Shown here: piece after piece, positions 19,817 to 28,477 of the stretch
How positions within the stretch are numbered: the first letter of the stretch is position 1
Layout: each line of letters starts with the position of its first letter
DNA from: Armatimonadota bacterium
GTDB lineage: Bacteria > Armatimonadota > JAAZEB01
DNA: 56,722 bases
NCBI GenBank assembly: GCA_012512505.1
Contig: JAAZEB010000153.1
Coordinates: forward strand, 1 to 56,722
Direction of reading: 5' to 3'
Position numbers and translations under genes: made by a program
The notes under the pieces: generated by a model
Databases searched by the model: none
What the model saw: only the letters and a program-made list of their open reading frames with translations
What the model was told of the DNA's origin: nothing

Positions 19817-20776
19817 TCAGGGGCCCTTGGCCGACCGGACCGAGCCTGGCCATGGACCTGACTTCACCAACTGGAACACCGTTGGCGGGATCCGGGCCTG
19901 CGCCACCGCCTTCGAGTTTGGCTTGGGGCACGGCGGCACCAGCGCCCGGAGCCGCGCCGCTACCTTCCCCTTGCCGGTGCCAGCAGCAACCGGAAGTACC
20001 CACACCAGGGCCAGCACGCCCGTGTGCGCGTTCACTCGCCCGCTGAAATGTGCGCACTTGTAAGGGCGCCTGGCATTCGAATCGCGGAGCGTGATCTCCC
20101 AAAAGAGCATCTGGGGGCCAGGCCAGTGCGGATGGTAGTCGACGACGGCCCGGGTCTCCTCGACGACCGGGTCTGTCACCTTCCAGTACCGCGCGAGGAT
20201 GGCCACCGCCTGGGCCACGGGGATGCACGGCTGCAGGGGAACGACGACCGGATCGTCGATCAGGGAGTAGCTGCGGAGCTCCCCGGTGTCCGCGTCCACC
20301 GCCACCTTGAGGCTGGCGGGCAGCCGGAACCCGCACACAACCTTCACCCACTCGAAGGCGTACTCGCGTCGGGCCAGGTAGCGCGCCGACACCAGCCGCC
20401 AGGGGGCCTCCAGCCGGATCGGAACGCGCTCTAGAAAGCCCCGGGCGCGCGCCAGCGCCTCCGCCGCCGTCAGTTTGGGGTCGCCGCGGAGCGGTTTGCC
20501 CGGGCGAGACACCCTCAGTTGCACGAGCAGGCCGGTTTCGGCATCGACGGCGGCCACCACTCGCTCACCGGCGCGCACGTTCACCGTGCGGGCACGGTGG
20601 CTGTCGGTCGCCCACCAGGCGTGGTCCCATGCCGGCCGGCACCCCAACACCTCGGAAGCCACGGTCTGCGCGGCACTCGCCAGGGCGCAGAGCCTGGGGC
20701 CGGGCGCGGCCGGCGCCGGCATGGGGAGCAATGCCAGACAGGTCGCGAGAAGCAAGGGAGTGACGATGGCACGCAT
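19817..20776 (-). CDS. secreted hypothetical protein with PepSY/YcdB-like repeats
   Basis: signal peptide; three V-D/N-A-x-T-G motifs; LTAAEALARARGFL. Confidence 0.65.
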   Translation of the reverse strand: MRAIVTPLLLATCLALLPMPAPAAPGPRLCALASAAQTVASEVLGCRPAWDHAWWATDSHRARTVNVRAGERVVAAVDAETGLLVQLRVSRPGKPLRGDPKLTAAEALARARGFLERVPIRLEAPWRLVSARYLARREYAFEWVKVVCGFRLPASLKVAVDADTGELRSYSLIDDPVVVPLQPCIPVAQAVAILARYWKVTDPVVEETRAVVDYHPHWPGPQMLFWEITLRDSNARRPYKCAHFSGRVNAHTGVLALVWVLPVAAGTGKGKVAARLRALVPPCPKPNSKAVAQARIPPTVFQLVKSGPWPGSVRSAKGP

Positions 20777-20811
20777 CGGCCTCGCCTCCTTCAGGTCACC
20801 GAACCGGTCGT

Positions 20812-21039
20812 CGGAGCACCCCCGCGATGCAGCCAGGATGCCCGATGGCTCGGGCACTCCGGCATTCGCCCGGGAAAGCAGCGGAGCGCCGCAGCAATGC
20901 GGCTTTCCAGACCGCCGATGCCCGATTGCTCGGGCACTCCGATAGTTGCCCGGGAGAGAGCAACGGAGTGCCGCAGCAATGCGGCTTCCCACAGTGCGAT
21001 GCCCGATGGCTCAGGCACTCCGATAGTTGCCCGGGAGAG
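20812..21039. repeat. tandem array of three REP-like doublets (70-82 bp period)
   Basis: units begin near 20812, 20882 and 20964: GGAGYGCCGCAGCAATGCGGC ... GCCCGATKGCTCRGGCACTCCG; the first unit is degenerate. Confidence 0.85.
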
Positions 21040-21213
21040 GTGCCGCCGACGCCGCCAAGCCCGCGCGGGGTAAACAAGCGCGCGGCGAATCCCCTGCCCT
21101 GGGTGAGCGCGCGTGAGGATAGGGTACCTGTGAGACAGCGCCTGCGGCGGGATTGTTCCCGGGGGAGGATGCGAACGAGGCAACCCCGGGGGAGCCAGCG
21201 CCACGCGGCGGCC

Positions 21214-24200
21214 TCAGAAACGCGCCAGGAACACCTGCCGGATAGCCTGCCGGTGGTGGGAGAACGCTTCCAGCAGCTCGCCGGCGTTGTCCAGATCCAT
21301 CGCCCGCGCCAGCGCCCGCTGATCCTCATCCCCCTCGGGAAGCAACGCCGATTGCCGGCCGGAGCGCAGGGTCATCAGGTTGCGCAGGCGCGTCTGGAAG
21401 CAGTAACCCTCCCGCAGCACCGCGGCCTCCGCGGGCGGCAGCAGCCCCTCTCCCTCCAGCGCCGCCAGGGCGGCCAGCGTGTTCGTCTCGCGCAGTGCTG
21501 GCCGCGCGTGCCCATAGCAGAGCTGGTAGCGCTGCACCAGCCACTCCACGTCCGAAAGGCCGCCCGGCCCCAGCTTTAGGTCGCAGCCGCGAGTGGCCGG
21601 GTCGGCGCGCTCGTTCTCCACGCGCTGCTTCATCGCGCGCACCTCGTCGGCAAGCGCCGGCGAGGGGTCGGTCGGGTAGGCGAACGGGCCGATGATCGCC
21701 AGGAACGCCTCGCCAACGCGGGCGTCGCCGGCCAGGAGGCGCGCCTTGAGCATCGCCTGGCGCTCCCAGGTCTGGGCCCGTCCGGCATAGTAGCGCCGGC
21801 AGGCGTCCAGGGAGGGGATCAGGTCGCCCCCCTTCCCTTCCGGGCGCAGGCGCAGGTCAATCGGGTAGAGGTCGCCGTCCGGGAGCAGGCGGGTCATCGC
21901 CTCCTGGAACAGCTCCGCCAGGCGTTGGTAGGCTCGGTCGTACTGCTCGCGCGCGTCGCCTTCGGGGAGGTCGCACACCAGCACCAGGTCGAGATCCGAC
22001 GAGTAGAGCAGCTCGCGGCCGCCCACCTTGCCCAGCCCGATCACGGCGAACTGGGGCTCGCCGACCAGGTCTCCCCGCGCCTGGGCTTCAGCAATCGCCA
22101 GCTCCAGCGCCGCCCGCACGCAGGTCTCGGCGAGGAGCGTCAGTTGCTGGGCGAGGCGATCCCCTTCGTGGGCGGCCAGCACGTCGGCGGCGGCGATGCG
22201 CAGCATTTCGCGGCGCTTGAAGCGGCGCAGCGCGTTCAGGCGCGCCTCGTGCTCCGACAGGCCGGCCCACCGTGCCTCCAGGCGCGCGCGCAGCGCGGCG
22301 GCGTCCGCCGGCGTCACCACCGCCTCGGGTTCCAGGAGCATGTCGAGCAGCGCCGGCTCGCGGCGGACGGCGGCGGCCATCGTCGGCGCGGTGCCCCCCA
22401 GCCGGCAAAGAACCTCGCGCGCGAAAGGGCTCTCCCCCAATGCCGTGAGGAACCCCTCAGGGTCGCCTCCCTGCGCCAACTCGGCGACGAAGGAGAGCGC
22501 CGCGTCGGGATCGGGGGCGGCGGCCGCCACCGCCAGCAGCGGCGGTCCCACCCGCGCCAGCAGCGCCAGGCGCTCCAGCCGGGCAGGCTCGTGCCCGCCG
22601 AGGCCGGCCAGGCGCTCCACGTCGGCCAGGGCGCGGTCGGACGCGGAGAACCCCTGCGCCGCCAGGTACTGCCGCACGTGCTGGCGCGCCTCCTCCGTGT
22701 CGAGGGCCAACAGCGTCTCGCCCAGTGGCGAGCGGGGCAGGACGGCGGGTGTCTCCTCCGCGCCCGCGTCCTCCGGCCCAGCGGTGGAGCCGTGCCATTC
22801 GCCATAGAAGAGCCGGCGGTGGAAGGCGCGGACCACGCCAGCGCGGCGGCGGTGCTCGGCGATGAACTCCGCCGCGGGATCGTGCTGCCAGTGGCGGGGC
22901 AGGCGCCGGGCCAGCCGTTCCACGGCCAGCGGGTCGCGAGGCAGGCAGCGCACGGCGCGCTCGTCCAGGATCTGCAGGCGGTGCTCGACGGTGCGCAGGA
23001 ACTGGTAGGCCTCACCGATGGCGCGCTGTTCCTCGGGGGCGATCAGGCCGGCCGTTTCGAGGGCAGCGAGCGCTTCCAGGGTGTTGCCGGTCTGCAGCGC
23101 CGGACAGCGTGCCCCAAACAGGAGCTGCAAGAGCTGCACGGTAAACTCGACATCGCGGATGCCGCCGTAGCCATCCTTCACGTTGGTGTAGCGCTCGCCC
23201 GACAGCTCCACTCGCTTCTCCAGGCGCAGCTTGTTCAGGCGCAGCGCCTCCACCAGGCCGGGGGGCACGTCGGCGCTGAAGATGCGCGGGGGAAGCATCG
23301 CCATAAACTCCGCGCCCAACGCCGCCTCGCCGGCAATGAAGCGCGCTTTGAGGAGCGCCTGCCGTTCCCAATGCTCCAGGTGGTGGTCGTAGTAGTCGCG
23401 GTAGGCGTCGAGAGAGCGCACCAGCGGGCCAACCTTCCCCTCCGGGCGCAGGCGCATATCGACGCGGAAGACGTAGCCTTCCGCCGTTGGGCGCGCGAGC
23501 GCCTGGATCAGGCGCTCACCGATGCGTTGGGCGGCCTCGACGTGCTGCTGTCCTCCCCGGTAGACGAACATCAGGTCGATGTCGGAAGAGTAGTTCAGCT
23601 CGCGGCCGCCCAGCTTGCCCATGGCGATGACGGCGAACTCCAGCCCCTCGCAGGGGCCGTAACGCCGCTCCATCTCCGCGCGGGCCACTTGATAGGCCAC
23701 GCCGACGGCGGCCTCGGCGAAGGCGGAGAGGTCGGCCACCGTTTCCGTGAAGGAGGCGATCCCAAGCACGTCGCGCGCGCCGATACGGAGGATCTCGCGG
23801 CGTTTGACGCGCCGCAGCGCTTCGAGGCGGCCGTCGTAGGTGCGGAAGGGTGCGACGGCGCGCTCCACCTCCGTCCGGATCGCCTCCGGCGAGCGGGCCC
23901 GGGTGAGAGCGGGGAGGTCGGCCAGCAGCTCGTAGTAGTGGGGGTCGCGGCAGAGGATATCGGCAAAGTACTGGCTGGCGGCAAATAGCAGCAGCAGGTG
24001 GCGGAGGAGGTGCGCGTCTTCCACCAACAGCCGCTGAACGGAGAGGCTGAAGCCAAGCTGCGCCAGCCAGCGGTGGAGGTTGGCCAGGGCCAGGTCCGGG
24101 TCAGCACACTCCGGCAGGCAGGCCCGGAGCGCGTCGGCCAGGCGCGCGAACGCCGCGGCATCCGGCGCCGCCGCCAGCAGCGACGCGAGCATCTGCCGTG

Positions 24201-24270
24201 CCGCCGCCAGGTCGCGCACACCGCACCCGGCCACCTCCCGCACCAAGCTGTCGTGATCGCCCCGGTCCAT
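21214..24270 (-). CDS. glnE: bifunctional glutamine synthetase adenylyltransferase/deadenylylase
   Basis: two NT domains (MGKLGGRELNYSSDIDL and LGKVGGRELLYSSDLDL), D.RLRPEG twice, WERQA twice; start 24270 preferred because ATG 24285 overlaps the -10 box. Confidence 0.95.
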   Translation of the reverse strand: MDRGDHDSLVREVAGCGVRDLAAARQMLASLLAAAPDAAAFARLADALRACLPECADPDLALANLHRWLAQLGFSLSVQRLLVEDAHLLRHLLLLFAASQYFADILCRDPHYYELLADLPALTRARSPEAIRTEVERAVAPFRTYDGRLEALRRVKRREILRIGARDVLGIASFTETVADLSAFAEAAVGVAYQVARAEMERRYGPCEGLEFAVIAMGKLGGRELNYSSDIDLMFVYRGGQQHVEAAQRIGERLIQALARPTAEGYVFRVDMRLRPEGKVGPLVRSLDAYRDYYDHHLEHWERQALLKARFIAGEAALGAEFMAMLPPRIFSADVPPGLVEALRLNKLRLEKRVELSGERYTNVKDGYGGIRDVEFTVQLLQLLFGARCPALQTGNTLEALAALETAGLIAPEEQRAIGEAYQFLRTVEHRLQILDERAVRCLPRDPLAVERLARRLPRHWQHDPAAEFIAEHRRRAGVVRAFHRRLFYGEWHGSTAGPEDAGAEETPAVLPRSPLGETLLALDTEEARQHVRQYLAAQGFSASDRALADVERLAGLGGHEPARLERLALLARVGPPLLAVAAAAPDPDAALSFVAELAQGGDPEGFLTALGESPFAREVLCRLGGTAPTMAAAVRREPALLDMLLEPEAVVTPADAAALRARLEARWAGLSEHEARLNALRRFKRREMLRIAAADVLAAHEGDRLAQQLTLLAETCVRAALELAIAEAQARGDLVGEPQFAVIGLGKVGGRELLYSSDLDLVLVCDLPEGDAREQYDRAYQRLAELFQEAMTRLLPDGDLYPIDLRLRPEGKGGDLIPSLDACRRYYAGRAQTWERQAMLKARLLAGDARVGEAFLAIIGPFAYPTDPSPALADEVRAMKQRVENERADPATRGCDLKLGPGGLSDVEWLVQRYQLCYGHARPALRETNTLAALAALEGEGLLPPAEAAVLREGYCFQTRLRNLMTLRSGRQSALLPEGDEDQRALARAMDLDNAGELLEAFSHHRQAIRQVFLARF

Positions 24271-24283
24271 GGTCTCCCCGGCC

Positions 24284-24313
24284 ATTATGCCAGAACGGGG
24301 GCAACGTTGGCAA
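24284..24313 (-). promoter_or_regulatory. sigma70-type promoter for glnE (very short leader)
   Basis: minus-strand TTGCCA-N18-CATAAT with TG extension. Confidence 0.45.
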
Positions 24314-24330
24314 GCGGGCGGAAGCGCGGG

Positions 24331-25500
24331 TCAGTCGCCCCCTTCGATGCGCTTGATCACCATCAGCGACATGTCGTCGTTGGGGCTGCCGGAGAAATCG
24401 ATTGCCGTCTGCAGCACCTTATCGGCCAACGCGGTGGCGGTCAGGGCGGCATGGCGGCAGATCAGGTCGTGCAGGCGGTCCACCCCGAACATCTCGCGGC
24501 TGTGACCGGGGGCGCGGCCGCGGGCCTCGATGATGCCGTCGGAGCAGAAGAAGAGGATGTCGCCCGGCACGAACTTGAGGGTGACCTCGGAATAGCGCGA
24601 CTCCAGCAGCCCGAGCGCCGGCCCGGTAGGAGGAATGTTGGTGATCGTGTTGTCGTGGCACATGAAGACCGGGGCGTGGCCGGCATTGACCAACGTCAGC
24701 TCGCTGCTCTGCGGTCGCAGCCAGCCGTAGACCATGGTGACCATGATGTCGCTGGGCGTTTCCACCACCAGGACGTGGTTGGTGCGCTCCATCACCCAGG
24801 CGGCCGAGGGCGCACCCCGGTAGAAGCCGCCGGAGATGAACTTCACCGCGGCGACCAGAATGGCGGCGCCGATGCCGTGTCCGGTGACATCGGCCAGCTT
24901 GCAGGTGATCACGCCGTCGTCCGGGTAGTGCTTCACGCTCCAGTAGTCGCCGCCCACTTCCAGGGCAGGCACCAGCCGGCCAGCGATCTCCCACCCGGGC
25001 ACCTTGGGCACCACGCGCGGCGTGAGGCGCTCTTGAACGCGCTTGGCAACGCGCAGTTCGTTGCTGAATCGCTCGCGGTACTGGAGGCGGATCGTCTTGC
25101 GCAGGCGGTCGGCATGGGCGTGCCAGAACGCGTCGGTGATGGTGTTGAAGAAGGCAAGGAGGTGACCGGTGCGCTCGCCGTCGACGCTGGCGGTATACTC
25201 CACCACCGCCTCCTGGAGGGCGTTGCGGAAGACGTTGATCAGGGTGTGGTAATCCTCTTCCTCCAGGATCTGCTGGGCAATGCGGTAGGCCAGGTGGCGG
25301 GTGTCCTCCTCTACCTCTCCCCGTGCCCCGGCGAGGTACTCATACATCAGCAGCAGCAGATCCCGCACCGGCTCCGTGAGCGTGCCGGCCAGCTCGCTCG
25401 CCTCCGGGGGCATCAGGCTCAGCCAGGCCTCCAGGATCTTGTTCTCCTGCAGGATGATGTTCTCTCGCAGCTCGGTTAGCGGGGTCACCTCACGCGCCAT
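24331..25500 (-). CDS. PP2C/SpoIIE (RsbU-like) serine phosphatase with helical N-terminal domain
   Basis: EVGGDYW, ADVTGHG, NAGH, SDGIIE and DDMSL. Confidence 0.9.
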   Translation of the reverse strand: MAREVTPLTELRENIILQENKILEAWLSLMPPEASELAGTLTEPVRDLLLLMYEYLAGARGEVEEDTRHLAYRIAQQILEEEDYHTLINVFRNALQEAVVEYTASVDGERTGHLLAFFNTITDAFWHAHADRLRKTIRLQYRERFSNELRVAKRVQERLTPRVVPKVPGWEIAGRLVPALEVGGDYWSVKHYPDDGVITCKLADVTGHGIGAAILVAAVKFISGGFYRGAPSAAWVMERTNHVLVVETPSDIMVTMVYGWLRPQSSELTLVNAGHAPVFMCHDNTITNIPPTGPALGLLESRYSEVTLKFVPGDILFFCSDGIIEARGRAPGHSREMFGVDRLHDLICRHAALTATALADKVLQTAIDFSGSPNDDMSLMVIKRIEGGD

Positions 25501-26165
25501 CAGTTGCTCCGGTATCGCGGCATCTGGTCCAACTCCTGGTGGTCACAACGCAGCTCCACGCGCTCCTCTGTCACCCGGTCCACTTGCGTGACCGGCACGA
25601 TTCGTTCTTCTGTACCCAGGACACCGCGGCGCACCACCAGGTGCGTTGCATGATCACCCTCCGGGTCCAGCAGAATTCGGTCGAGCTGCCCGACCACCTC
25701 GTGGCCGCACGTAACCTCCATTTCAGCCGCCAGGGTGATCGCGTCCGGGGGGATGTTGCGCACGCCCTCCACGTTCGGCTCCGGCACGACGCTGGGCGGC
25801 ACGAACGCTTCCACGGCGCGGCGCGGTGCCCAGAAGAGCACCACGTCCGGCGTATGCTCGGGCAGGCCCTCCCACCCCGCCTCCGGCTGGCGGAAGCGCA
25901 CTGCCTCGAACTCCGGCAGCGCGCGCACCTCCGCCGTTGTCAGATCCACCACTATGCCATCGGCGTCGGCGTGAACTACCCGCGTGGCCGGGACCACCAC
26001 CTCCCGGTCCGGACCGACGCGCGGCACGCTGACGATCAGGTCCACTACCTGCGCGTCATCCGGATCCACCACAATGCGTTCCAGCGTGCCGGCGATTCCG
26101 TCGCGCGCCATGACGCCCGCGCCGATGGCGTACTGCCGCGTGCTTGTCTTCCGTTGCGGTGGCAT
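25500..26165 (-). CDS. double PRC-barrel domain protein
   Basis: two PRC-like repeats (IGAGVMARDG..GTLERIVVDP; VGQLDRILLDP..THLVVRRG); stop overlaps the RsbU-like start (TGATG). Confidence 0.8.
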   Translation of the reverse strand: MPPQRKTSTRQYAIGAGVMARDGIAGTLERIVVDPDDAQVVDLIVSVPRVGPDREVVVPATRVVHADADGIVVDLTTAEVRALPEFEAVRFRQPEAGWEGLPEHTPDVVLFWAPRRAVEAFVPPSVVPEPNVEGVRNIPPDAITLAAEMEVTCGHEVVGQLDRILLDPEGDHATHLVVRRGVLGTEERIVPVTQVDRVTEERVELRCDHQELDQMPRYRSN

Positions 26166-26276
26166 CGCCCGTTCCCTCCCGGGAGGCCCGGCGGCGCGCC
26201 GCTGCGTGGGGGCGCCGTCACCGGTTTCGTAGGCGGGCGCCCGCATCCCTGCCGCCGCCGCTGCCCGCAGCGGGGG

Positions 26277-26468
26277 TTAGCCCAACCGCTCCCAGTCGAT
26301 GTTGTGGGGCAGGCGCTCCTCGCCGCTTTGCTGGAAGCCGCCAAACGCCTCTTGCGCCGCGCGGGCGATGTCCTCCACCCGGTCGCTCTCCGCGTCAAAC
26401 TCGACGGTCTGGGCGTGCTCCTGCCCCCGGTCGTCCACGTACTCCACTTTGGCCCGATACCTCGGCAT
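26277..26468 (-). CDS. small acidic hypothetical protein (63 aa)
   Basis: GGAGGAGG RBS; MPRYRAKVEYVDDRG... Confidence 0.7.
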   Translation of the reverse strand: MPRYRAKVEYVDDRGQEHAQTVEFDAESDRVEDIARAAQEAFGGFQQSGEERLPHNIDWERLG

Positions 26469-26549
26469 CGCCGGCCTCCTCCCTCTTTCCAACCGGAGTA
26501 CTTACCACGACGCCCGCCTGCCAAACCGCGTCGGAGGAACCCGGCGCAC

Positions 26550-27377
26550 TCACTTCCAGCGGCGGGCCACCGCGTCCAGGTCACGGGCCTCGGCAAGGAG
26601 GTCGGCCAGGAGGTGGAGGGGCCACATGTTGGGGCCATCGCTGAGGCCGTGGTCGGGATCAGGATGGACTTCGAGGAAGAGGCCGTCAACGCCGGCGGCC
26701 ACGGCGGCCCGCAGCAGTGTTGGCACGAACTCGCGCTTGCCGCCGGAGGCGCTGCCCAGCCCGCCCGGCTCTTGCACGCTGTGGGTGGCGTCGAAGATCA
26801 CCGGATAGCCGAAGGCACGCTGAATCGCCAGGCCGCGCATGTCCACGACGAGCGTGTTGTAGCCAAAGGAGGTGCCGCGCTCCGTCAGCAGGAGGCGATG
26901 GTTGCCGCCGGCGGTCACCTTGCCGACGACATTCTTCATGTCCCACGGGGCCAGGAACTGCCCCTTCTTCACGTTGACCCCGCGCCCGGTGCGCGCCGCG
27001 GCGACGAGAAGATCGGTCTGGCGACAAAGGAACGCTGGGATCTGCAGGACATCCACCACTTCGGCGGCGGGCGCCACCTGCTCCACCGAGTGAACGTCGG
27101 TGAGAAGCGGCACGCCCACCGCGCGGCGCACGTCATCCAGGATGCGCAGGCCCTCGTCGAGGCCCGGCCCGCGCGGCGAAGAGATCGACGAGCGGTTGGC
27201 CTTGTCGAACGAGGCCTTGAAGATGTACCCCAGGCCAAGGCGCTCGCAAATGGCGCGCGTCTCCTCGGCGATGCGCAGGCACAGGTCGCGCCCCTCGATC
27301 ACGCACGGCCCGGCGATGACCACCAGCGGCGCGTCTCCCCCGATGCGGACCCCCTCGATGCTGACTTCACGGACCAT
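26550..27377 (-). CDS. kdsA: 3-deoxy-8-phosphooctulonate (KDO8P) synthase
   Basis: [40 protein letters not shown] and SDG. Confidence 0.97.
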   Translation of the reverse strand: MVREVSIEGVRIGGDAPLVVIAGPCVIEGRDLCLRIAEETRAICERLGLGYIFKASFDKANRSSISSPRGPGLDEGLRILDDVRRAVGVPLLTDVHSVEQVAPAAEVVDVLQIPAFLCRQTDLLVAAARTGRGVNVKKGQFLAPWDMKNVVGKVTAGGNHRLLLTERGTSFGYNTLVVDMRGLAIQRAFGYPVIFDATHSVQEPGGLGSASGGKREFVPTLLRAAVAAGVDGLFLEVHPDPDHGLSDGPNMWPLHLLADLLAEARDLDAVARRWK

Positions 27378-27390
27378 TGGCGACTACCTC

Positions 27391-28419
27391 TCACACCTCG
27401 ATGACCACCCGCCGGCCCTGGCGGGCGCTCTCGATGGCCCCGAACACCATCGCCAGGCTCTTGATGTTGTCGGTACAGTTCGTCTCCGGCGTCTCGCCGC
27501 TCTGCACGCAGCGGATGAACTCGCGGAGGAGGCCGGCGTGCCCGCCCACCTTCTCGCCGGGGTCGTGCTCCGGGATCTCCACGGCCCGCCGCTCGCGCAG
27601 GAAGCCCTCCTGGCCGATGACCTCCTCCGCCTGGAACAGCTCTTGGCCGTCCCAGCGGACACTGCCGCGGGTGCCGATCACGCGCCAATCGCTCTCCCAG
27701 GAGGTGTTCAGCCCCTCGGCGCACCAGCTTCCCCGGTAGGAATAGACGATCCCCCCGGTCATCTCGAAAGTGGCGACGGCCGCGGCGTCGTGGTCGTACC
27801 AAGAGCCGGGCGGGTTCCACTCCACGCAGGTCACCGCCACCGGGTCGGCGCCGGTGAGGAAGCGGGCAGCATCGAAGGTGTGGATCGCCATGTCGAGCAG
27901 CAGCACGTGCTCCATGCGGTCGCGAAAGCCGCCGAAGTGGGCGCCGATGAAGAAGTCACTGGTGAACGTGGTCAACTGGCCCAGCCGGCCGGACTGCAGG
28001 AAGTGGCGCAGGCGCCGAATGCGCGCGTCGTAGCGCCGGTTCTGGATCACGGCGTAGATCCGCCCCGCCGCTTCAGCCGCCGCCACCATCGCGCGGGCGT
28101 TCTCCAGGCTGTCGGCCATCGGCTTCTCGCCAAGAACGTGGCACCCGTGCGCCAGCGCCTGGAGAGTCACCGGCGCGTGCGCCTCCGGCACCGTGCAGTC
28201 GAAGACCACATCCGGCGTCGCGCGCCGCAGCACTGCTTCCAGGTCGGTGTCGATCAGGGCATCGGCCAGCCCGAACTCCGCCGCCCGTCGCTGGGCGGCC
28301 TCCTCCTTCAGGTCCACCAGCCCAACGATCCGCAGGTTGGGGATCTCCCGGGCCGCGCTCAACCAGGCATGGCTCATGCCGCCGCAGCCCACCAGGATCG
28401 CTCGCACCTCCTGCTCCAT
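27391..28419 (-). CDS. Gfo/Idh/MocA family oxidoreductase
   Basis: LVGCGGM, GEKPMA, QNRRY and LDMAIHTFD. Confidence 0.92.
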   Translation of the reverse strand: MEQEVRAILVGCGGMSHAWLSAAREIPNLRIVGLVDLKEEAAQRRAAEFGLADALIDTDLEAVLRRATPDVVFDCTVPEAHAPVTLQALAHGCHVLGEKPMADSLENARAMVAAAEAAGRIYAVIQNRRYDARIRRLRHFLQSGRLGQLTTFTSDFFIGAHFGGFRDRMEHVLLLDMAIHTFDAARFLTGADPVAVTCVEWNPPGSWYDHDAAAVATFEMTGGIVYSYRGSWCAEGLNTSWESDWRVIGTRGSVRWDGQELFQAEEVIGQEGFLRERRAVEIPEHDPGEKVGGHAGLLREFIRCVQSGETPETNCTDNIKSLAMVFGAIESARQGRRVVIEV

Positions 28420-28477
28420 GGTCCTCTCCTCATCCGCGTGCCACGCGTCCGGTGTCGGGGTCACCGGCTACCTTCGG

